Positions 26,396-32,000 of a stretch of 32,000 nucleotides of DNA are shown here, in pieces. The DNA is from Kiritimatiella glycovorans (GTDB lineage: Bacteria; Verrucomicrobiota; Kiritimatiellia; Kiritimatiellales; Kiritimatiellaceae): the NCBI RefSeq assembly GCF_001017655.1, contig NZ_CP010904.1:2130001-2162000 (forward strand). Reading direction: 5' to 3'. Position 1 is the stretch's first letter. Each line of letters starts with the position of its first letter. Below the pieces are notes generated by a model. The model was not told the DNA's origin and made no database searches. It worked only from the letters and a program-made list of their open reading frames with translations. Made by a program: the position numbers and the translations under genes.

Positions 26396-26426
26396 CTCCG
26401 CAGCCTGAGGCTGACGGAGTTTTTTT
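26396..26426 (+). terminator. Strong rho-independent terminator / attenuator hairpin immediately upstream of the hydrogenase-maturation operon
   Basis: CTCCG-CAGCC-tga-GGCTG-a-CGGAG: 10 bp with one bulged A and a 3-nt loop, followed by T7 (26420-26426). It lies 170 nt after the glyA stop and only 13 nt before ATG 26440, with the GGGAGGG RBS in between. Confidence 0.8.
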
Positions 26427-26439
26427 GCGGGAGGGTGTC

Positions 26440-26733
26440 ATGGAACGACGGCTGGGCTTTATCGGTATCGTACTGGAAGACCGCGAGCACGCGGCCCCGG
26501 CGGTCAATGCCCTGCTTACGGAATACGGCGGGCTGATCGTATCCCGCACAGGGGTGCCCTACCACCGCCGCCACTGCGCGGTCATCGCACTGGTGGTCGA
26601 CGCCACGACCGACGAACTCGGCAAGCTCACCGGACAGCTCGGACGCATCGACGGCGTCTCCGTGAAGTCGATGCTCAGCAAACACGCGCCGACGGCCGAT
26701 CGGGAAGGCTGCGGGGAGGGTCTGCCTTCATGA
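26440..26733 (+). CDS. TM1266-type small ACT-like protein (putative iron-only hydrogenase system regulator family)
   Basis: Start taken at ATG 26440 (MERRLGFIGIVLEDREHAAPAVNALLTEYGGLIVSRTGVPYHRRHCAVIALVVDATTDELGKLTGQLGRIDGVSVKS). The size, the beta-alpha-beta pattern and the position ahead of hydF/G/E match my recollection of the TM1266 family. The track's 36-codon N-terminal extension would span the terminator. Confidence 0.7.
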   Translation: MERRLGFIGIVLEDREHAAPAVNALLTEYGGLIVSRTGVPYHRRHCAVIALVVDATTDELGKLTGQLGRIDGVSVKSMLSKHAPTADREGCGEGLPS

Positions 26734-28142
26734 CCGCCGCCACGAAAAGAGCTCAGGAAACGCGGACGGAGCGGGACGCGCTCGGCGAACGCCGGATCGC
26801 CGCGCAGGCTCCATGGGGGATTCATACCGAACGGGCGCGGGACAATTTCCGGCTGACCGGCCGACCCGTACGCCGCGCATTCATCCTCGCCCTTCTGGAC
26901 GTGAAGCGCGCCTGCGCCGAGGCCAATCGGGAGCTGGGCCACCTCGAGGACCGTGTCGGCGAGGCGATCGTGTCCGCGTGCGAGGACCTGATCGCGGACT
27001 TCACGCACGAGGCCTTCCCGGTCGATGCGCTGCAGGGCGGCGCGGGGACCTCGCTGAACATGAACGTCAACGAAGTCGTCGCCAACCGCGCCCTCGCCCG
27101 GCTTGGCCGCGCATCCGGGGACTACGGCACGGTCCACCCGCTGGACCACGTCAATCTCCACCAGTCCACCAACGACACGGTGCCCACGGCACTGCGGGTG
27201 GCGGCCATCCGGGGCCTGCGCGAACTGAGCGCCGCCTTCGCGGAGCTGCAGGGCGCGTTTCAGCGGAAGGAACAGGCCTTCGCGAATATCGTCGCCCTCG
27301 GGCGCACCGAGCGCGTGGCCGCGGTCCCGCTGACGCTCGGGGCGGAGTTCTCCGCGTTCGCGGGGGCCTTCGCGCGCGACCGCTGGCGCACGTTCAAATG
27401 CGAGGAGCGGCTGCGGGTCGTCAATCTCGGCGGCACGGCGGTCGGTACGGGGCTGACCGCCCCGCGCGACTACATCTTTCTGGCCATCGAGAAACTGCGC
27501 ACCGCGACCGGGGTCGGGCTCAGCCGCGGCGAGAACATGGTCGACCAGACCGCCAACGCCGACGCCTTCGTCGAGGTCTCCGGCGTGCTCGACGCCGCGG
27601 CCTCGAACCTGATCAAGATCGCCGACGATCTGCGCACGCTTTCCATGCTGGGCGAAATCCGGCTCCCCGCCGTGCAGCCGGGGTCCTCCATCATGCCGGG
27701 CAAAGTCAACCCGGTGATCCTCGAATCCGTGATCCAGGCCGCGATCCGGGTACGGGCCCACCACGGAACGGTCGCCGACGGCGCCTCCCGGGCCTCGCTG
27801 CAGATCTGCGAGTTCCTGCCGCTGCTCGGCGACGCGCTGCTGGAGTCGATCGAACTGCTCGCGAACGCGGCGCAGAGCCTGGCCGTTCACGCGGACGGCA
27901 TCGAAGCGGACGCCGCGCGCTGCCGCGAACACCTCGACCGCAGCCCGGAACTGATCACCGCCTTCGTCCCGGAACTGGGCTACGACCGCTGTGCCGGTCT
28001 GGTGAAGGACTGGAAGTGCACGGACCACGGGGATATGCGGGCGTTCCTTAAGGAGAAACTGGGCGACGATGCCGTAAGGGAGAGGCTCTCCCCACAGGCC
28101 CTGACCGCCCTGGGCCACCAGGAGGCTCGGAAAAAATACTGA
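26730..28142 (+). CDS. Aspartate ammonia-lyase-like (aspartase/fumarase superfamily) protein, divergent, hydrogenase-cluster associated
   Basis: QGGAGTSLNMNVNEVVANRA, HVNLHQSTNDTVPTA and the SS-loop signature GSSIMPGKVNP are present. The middle motif reads GRTERVAAVPLTLGAEF where E. coli AspA has GRTQLQDAVPMTLGQEF. The start overlaps the upstream stop (ATGA). Confidence 0.8.
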   Translation: MTAATKRAQETRTERDALGERRIAAQAPWGIHTERARDNFRLTGRPVRRAFILALLDVKRACAEANRELGHLEDRVGEAIVSACEDLIADFTHEAFPVDALQGGAGTSLNMNVNEVVANRALARLGRASGDYGTVHPLDHVNLHQSTNDTVPTALRVAAIRGLRELSAAFAELQGAFQRKEQAFANIVALGRTERVAAVPLTLGAEFSAFAGAFARDRWRTFKCEERLRVVNLGGTAVGTGLTAPRDYIFLAIEKLRTATGVGLSRGENMVDQTANADAFVEVSGVLDAAASNLIKIADDLRTLSMLGEIRLPAVQPGSSIMPGKVNPVILESVIQAAIRVRAHHGTVADGASRASLQICEFLPLLGDALLESIELLANAAQSLAVHADGIEADAARCREHLDRSPELITAFVPELGYDRCAGLVKDWKCTDHGDMRAFLKEKLGDDAVRERLSPQALTALGHQEARKKY

Positions 28143-28178
28143 ACCGGGCCACAAAGGGGCACAGACAAAATACGTTAG

Positions 28179-28292
28179 ATGGACGACAAGCAGATCTTTG
28201 CACTCTGCGACACCATCCGCAGCACAGCCTGGAAACTTCACCGTTATCTGAGACACGGGCATGCGGAAAAAGTTTATGAAAACCACACCTAA
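28179..28292 (+). pseudogene. 37-codon N-terminal remnant of a GxxExxY-family gene
   Basis: MDDKQIFALCDTIRSTAWKLHRYLRHGHAEKVYENHT* resembles the N-terminus of GxxExxY proteins (..I..A..VH..LG.GflEkvYEN). Those are normally ~125 aa, whereas here a stop follows at 28290. It is preceded by ggccacaaaggggcacagacaaaa, a leader typical of such genes. It overlaps the hydF start in another frame. Confidence 0.5.
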
Positions 28293-29526
28293 AAGCCTGC
28301 GCCTGCACCTGGCCATCTTCGGTCGCACGAACACCGGGAAGTCGAGTTTCCTGAATCTCGTGGCCGGTCAGGATGTGGCGATCACCTCCGACGTGCCCGG
28401 CACGACCACCGATGTGGTGGAGAAACCGATGGAACTGCTGCCGGTCGGGCCGGTGGTGTTTCTGGATACGGCGGGGCTCGATGACGTATCCGCGCTCGGC
28501 GAACGGCGGATTGACAAGACCGAACGGGTGTTCGACCGGGCCGATGTGATCCTGCTGATCACCGAACACGGACGCGAGACGGATTTCGAATCGGAAGTGG
28601 AGCACAAGGCGGCCGAACGGAACACGCCCGTGCTGCGGATCCACAACAAGGCCGATCTCTACCGCCCCCCTGCCGATCATGACGGCATCGCCTGCTGCTC
28701 GGTCGACGCGGGTTCGCGCACCGGGGTTCTCAACGCGCTGAAGCGCGAGTTGCTGAAAATCTGCCCCGAGGATTTCGTCCGCCCCCCGCCGCTGGTCGGC
28801 GATCTGCTCCCGCCGGGCGGGCTGGCGGCACTGATCGTGCCGATCGATCTGCAGGCGCCCAAAGGCCGCCTGATCCTCCCGCAGGTGCAGACGATCCGCG
28901 ACGCGCTGGACAGCGACGCGGCCGCGCTGGTGGTCAAGGAACGCGAATACCGGGCGCTTCTCGATCGGCTTTCCGCCCCGCCCGACCTGGTCCTCTGCGA
29001 TTCGCAGGTCGTGCTCAAGATGACCGCCGACACCCCGCCGGAGGTGCCCTGCACCACGTTTTCGATCCTCTTCGCGCGGCTCAAGGGAGACCTGTCCGCC
29101 TTCGCCCGCGGCGCCGCCGCGATCGACCGGCTGACGGGGAGCAGCCGCGTGCTGATCGCGGAATCCTGCTCGCATCATGCGCTCGAGGACGACATCGGGC
29201 GCGTGAAGATCCCGCGCTGGCTGCGCCAGTACACCGGAGCGGCGCTCGAATTCGAAGTCTGCGCGGGCCGGGATTTTCCGGACGACCTGGACTCGTACGA
29301 CCTCGTCGTCCAGTGCGGCGGCTGTATGCAGAACCGGCGCGAGATGCTCTCGCGCCTCGCCAAATGCGCCGAGGCCCGCGTACCCGTCACCAACTACGGG
29401 ATGGCTATCGCCTCCACACAGGGCGTGCTCGAGCGCGTCCTCACCCCCTTCCCCGCCGCGCTGCTCGCCTGGAAACGCGAACGGGATCGAACGAACACAC
29501 CACCGCAAACCGGGGAAACCGCATGA
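28261..29526 (+). CDS. hydF: [FeFe]-hydrogenase H-cluster maturation GTPase HydF
   Basis: GTPase motifs IFGRTNTGKSS, DVPGTTTD, DTAGLDD and HNKADL. C-terminal cluster region ESCSHH...VVQCGGCMQNR. The start could be ATG 28261 or 28276. Confidence 0.9.
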   Translation: MRKKFMKTTPKSLRLHLAIFGRTNTGKSSFLNLVAGQDVAITSDVPGTTTDVVEKPMELLPVGPVVFLDTAGLDDVSALGERRIDKTERVFDRADVILLITEHGRETDFESEVEHKAAERNTPVLRIHNKADLYRPPADHDGIACCSVDAGSRTGVLNALKRELLKICPEDFVRPPPLVGDLLPPGGLAALIVPIDLQAPKGRLILPQVQTIRDALDSDAAALVVKEREYRALLDRLSAPPDLVLCDSQVVLKMTADTPPEVPCTTFSILFARLKGDLSAFARGAAAIDRLTGSSRVLIAESCSHHALEDDIGRVKIPRWLRQYTGAALEFEVCAGRDFPDDLDSYDLVVQCGGCMQNRREMLSRLAKCAEARVPVTNYGMAIASTQGVLERVLTPFPAALLAWKRERDRTNTPPQTGETA

Positions 29527-30998
29527 GCACACTGAAAGAGAAGATCATCAAGCCCGACGAGATTACGAAGTACATGGACGGCGATCGCGACTTCATCGAC
29601 GACGGCGCGATTGAGCGGACCCTAGCCCAACACTGCGACCCCGATCCGACGCAGGTGCGCGACATCCTCGCCAAATCCCGTGCCGTCGAGACGCTGACCC
29701 CGGACGAGACGGCGGTGCTGCTGCACGTCGAAGACCCGGAACTGCTCGAGGAGATGCGCCAGACCGCGCGCGAGGTCAAACTCAAGGTCTACGACAACCG
29801 CATCGTGACCTTCGCCCCGCTCTACATGAGCAACCTGTGCGTCAACAACTGCGCCTACTGCGGATTCCGAACGGGCAATCCCGACGCCGTACGGCGCAAG
29901 CTATCGATGGACGAAGTCCGCCGCGAGACCGAAGCGCTCGCCGGCGAGATCGGGCACAAAAGGCTGATCGTCGTGTACGGGGAACATCCCGAAACCGGGG
30001 CGGAGTACATCGCCGACACCATCCGTACCGTCTACGACGTCGAAGTCCCCGTCCGTCACGGAAAGGGCTGCATCCGCAGGGTCAACATCAATGCGGCCCC
30101 GATGTCGATCGACGACCTCAGGATGCTTCACGACGTCGGCATCGGCACGTTCCAGGTCTTCCAGGAAACCTATCACCACGACACCTACGCCTCGCTGCAC
30201 CCCGCCGACACGATCAAGGGCGATTACCGCTGGCGGCTCTACTGCATGCACCGGGCCTTCGAGGCCGGCGTGGACGACGTCGGCATCGGCACACTGTTCG
30301 GCCTGTACGACTGGCGTTTCGAGGTGATGGGGCTGCTGCAGCACGCCCGCGAGCTGGAGGATAAATTCAACATAGGACCGCACACCATCTCGTTTCCGCG
30401 GCTCGAGCCGGCCGGCGGCTCGCCGTTGACCCGCCATCCGCGGCACCGCGTATCCGATGAGGATTTCCGCAGGCTGGTTACGGTGCTTCGGCTGGCGGTG
30501 CCCTATACGGGACTCATCATCACCGCGCGCGAATCGGCGGAGCTGCGCGACGAGGTGCTGGTGCACGGCTGCACGCAGACCGATGCCTCGACGCGGATCG
30601 GGATCGGCGCATACAGCGAGACGGACGAGGACCAGCACGAGGAACGCCAGCAGTTCATGCTGGGCGACACGCGCAGCCTCGAGGAACTGATCGTCGCGCT
30701 GGCGGAAAAGGGGATCATCACCTCCTTCTGCACCGCAGGCTATCGCTGCGGCCGCACGGGCGAGTGCATCATGGACCTGCTGCGCACCGGACAGGAGGGC
30801 AGGTTCTGCAAGCTCAACGCCGTACTCACTTTCCGCGAGTGGCTCGACGACTTCGCAAGCGAGGAGGCCCGCACACTCTGCGAACCCGTGGTTCAACAGG
30901 AAATCGCGGAAATCCGCGAGCGAGTTCCGCAGGTGTACGAGAAGTTCATGGAGCACTACCACAGGACCGCGGCCGGCGCGCGGGATCTGTACTTCTAG
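29523..30998 (+). CDS. hydG: [FeFe]-hydrogenase maturase HydG (radical SAM tyrosine lyase)
   Basis: Start MSTLKEKIIKPDEI at ATG 29523, overlapping the hydF stop (ATGA). Radical-SAM CVNNCAYCGF. C-terminal cysteine motif FCTAGYRCGRTGECIMDLLRTGQEGRFC. 491 aa. The track ORF start at 29313 lies inside hydF. Confidence 0.9.
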   Translation: MSTLKEKIIKPDEITKYMDGDRDFIDDGAIERTLAQHCDPDPTQVRDILAKSRAVETLTPDETAVLLHVEDPELLEEMRQTAREVKLKVYDNRIVTFAPLYMSNLCVNNCAYCGFRTGNPDAVRRKLSMDEVRRETEALAGEIGHKRLIVVYGEHPETGAEYIADTIRTVYDVEVPVRHGKGCIRRVNINAAPMSIDDLRMLHDVGIGTFQVFQETYHHDTYASLHPADTIKGDYRWRLYCMHRAFEAGVDDVGIGTLFGLYDWRFEVMGLLQHARELEDKFNIGPHTISFPRLEPAGGSPLTRHPRHRVSDEDFRRLVTVLRLAVPYTGLIITARESAELRDEVLVHGCTQTDASTRIGIGAYSETDEDQHEERQQFMLGDTRSLEELIVALAEKGIITSFCTAGYRCGRTGECIMDLLRTGQEGRFCKLNAVLTFREWLDDFASEEARTLCEPVVQQEIAEIRERVPQVYEKFMEHYHRTAAGARDLYF

Positions 30999-31007
30999 GA
31001 TGCGGGA

Positions 31008-32000
31008 TGCATAGCGATAACTCCATGGATCGCCCCGCAATCGAGCAGCGGCTGCGTGAAACGCGCGCGGACCGGCTGGCCGATTTATGGCAGCGGGCCG
31101 ACGAAACACGACGCCGCGAAGTCGGCGACGAGGTCCATCTGCGCGGACTGGTCGAGATCTCGAACCACTGCACGCGCCGCTGCCGCTACTGCGGCATTCA
31201 TGCGGACAACCGCACCCTGCCGCGCTACCGGATGCGGGCGGAGGAGATTCTCGAAGCCGCGCAGCGAGCGGCCGAATTCAAATACGGCACCGTCGTCCTG
31301 CAGGCGGGCGAGGATCCCGCGCTGGACCGCCCCTTTATCGCGAACGTGATCCGCCGCCTGAAAGAGGACCTCGGACTCGCAGTGACCCTGAGCCTCGGCG
31401 AACGGAACGAAGGGGACCTGGCGGCCTGGCGCGAAGCGGGGGCCGATCGCTACCTGCTCCGGTTCGAGACCTCGCGCCGCGACCTCTTCGAGCGCATCCA
31501 CCCGCGAGGCCCGCACTCGGTCGACCGGTTCGAGCAGCTGGCCGTACTCCGGCGTCTGGGCTACGAGACCGGCAGCGGGGTCATGATCGGCATCCCGGGA
31601 CAAACCTTCGCCGACCTCGCCCGCAGTCTTGCCCGGTTCGCCGAACTGGACCTCGACATGATCGGCGTGGGACCCTTTATCGCGCACCCGGACACCGATC
31701 TGGGACGCGGGGCCGCGGACTGTCCGCCCGCGCCGGAGAGCGACCAGGTGCCCCCTTCGGAACGCATGGCCTACAAGGTGCTCGCCCTGACGCGCCTCGT
31801 CCGGCCCGATGCCAATATCCCGAGCACGACCGCCATCTCCACGCTCGATGAACACGGGCGCGAATTGGGCCTCGAGCGCGGCGCCAACGTGATCATGCCC
31901 AACCTGACCCCCATGCGCTACCGGCGGCTCTACGAGATCTATCCCGCCAAGTCCTGCCTCGCCGAAGACCCGGCCACCTTCGACGCGGAGCTCAAACGCC
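31008..32000 (+). CDS. hydE: [FeFe]-hydrogenase maturase HydE (radical SAM), 3' end outside the window
   Basis: Not in the ORF track because the frame has no stop before the window end. My translation from ATG 31008: MHSDNSMDRPAIEQRLRETRADRLADLWQRADETRRREVGDEVHLRGLVEISNHCTRRCRYCGIHADNRTLPRYRMRAEEILEAAQRAAEFKYGTVVLQAGEDP...YLLRFETS.. The CX3CX2C motif and the HydE/BioB-like pattern are present. 331 codons are visible. Confidence 0.85.

Noticed and set aside
26332-26439. 36-codon N-terminal extension of the ACT-like regulator ORF
   Set aside because: It would be translated across the terminator hairpin and T-run. A GGGAGGG RBS sits correctly before ATG 26440, and the family is ~90 aa long.
31087-31851. 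254-aa plus-strand ORF, and the overlapping minus-strand ORFs 29901..31109 and 31085..31855
   Set aside because: These are Arg/Pro/Gly-rich shadow frames. The frame starting at ATG 31008 gives a clean HydE radical-SAM sequence instead.

Overview
Visibly GC-rich bacterial chromosomal segment with 27 protein-coding genes and no rRNA, tRNA or CRISPR array that I can recognise. The gene content (PmoA-like/Gfo-Idh-MocA pair, DUF2851, a GxxExxY-gene remnant, [FeFe]-hydrogenase maturases) suggests an anaerobe of a PVC-type lineage, but that is only a guess.

Layout:
- 3-2688 (+): PmoA-like protein (5' partial), Tat-exported Gfo/Idh/MocA oxidoreductase, TspO.
- 2698-18578 (almost all -): envelope glycosylation module (PAP2, GT2, flippase-like, ArnT-like GT), lptF/G-type permease, folD, [yggU on +], nfu, small-multidrug-export-family protein, GT2, lipA, valS, cimA-like, lysC.
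- 19770-32000 (all +): DUF2851, purD, purE, a TsaC-YwlE fusion, an RpiB-GlyA fusion, then a [FeFe]-hydrogenase maturation cluster: TM1266-type ACT-like regulator, divergent aspartase-like lyase, hydF, hydG, hydE. The hydE frame is open to the window edge and is absent from the supplied ORF track.
- Several gene pairs overlap by ATGA (purD/purE, regulator/aspartase, hydF/hydG, GT2/export protein), indicating operons.

The least ordinary content is non-coding:
1. A ~950-bp unidirectional array at 18792-19745, exactly at the point where gene orientation diverges. It has 7 near-identical ~86-nt hairpin units and 24 perfect copies of TGCCACGA.
2. A dispersed hairpin repeat family with (GTACGA)n/(TCGTAC)n arms. 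There are three copies plus a solo terminal repeat.
3. A 144-bp MITE-like element with 19-bp TIRs and a 9-bp target-site duplication upstream of folD.
4. A hexamer microsatellite and 47-bp tandem repeats that also encode the C-terminal tails of two membrane proteins.
5. A strong intrinsic terminator only 13 nt before the start codon of the hydrogenase-maturation operon, implying a ~200-nt attenuator/riboswitch-like leader.

Every functional interpretation of these non-coding elements is inference. None could be tested by search or folding here.
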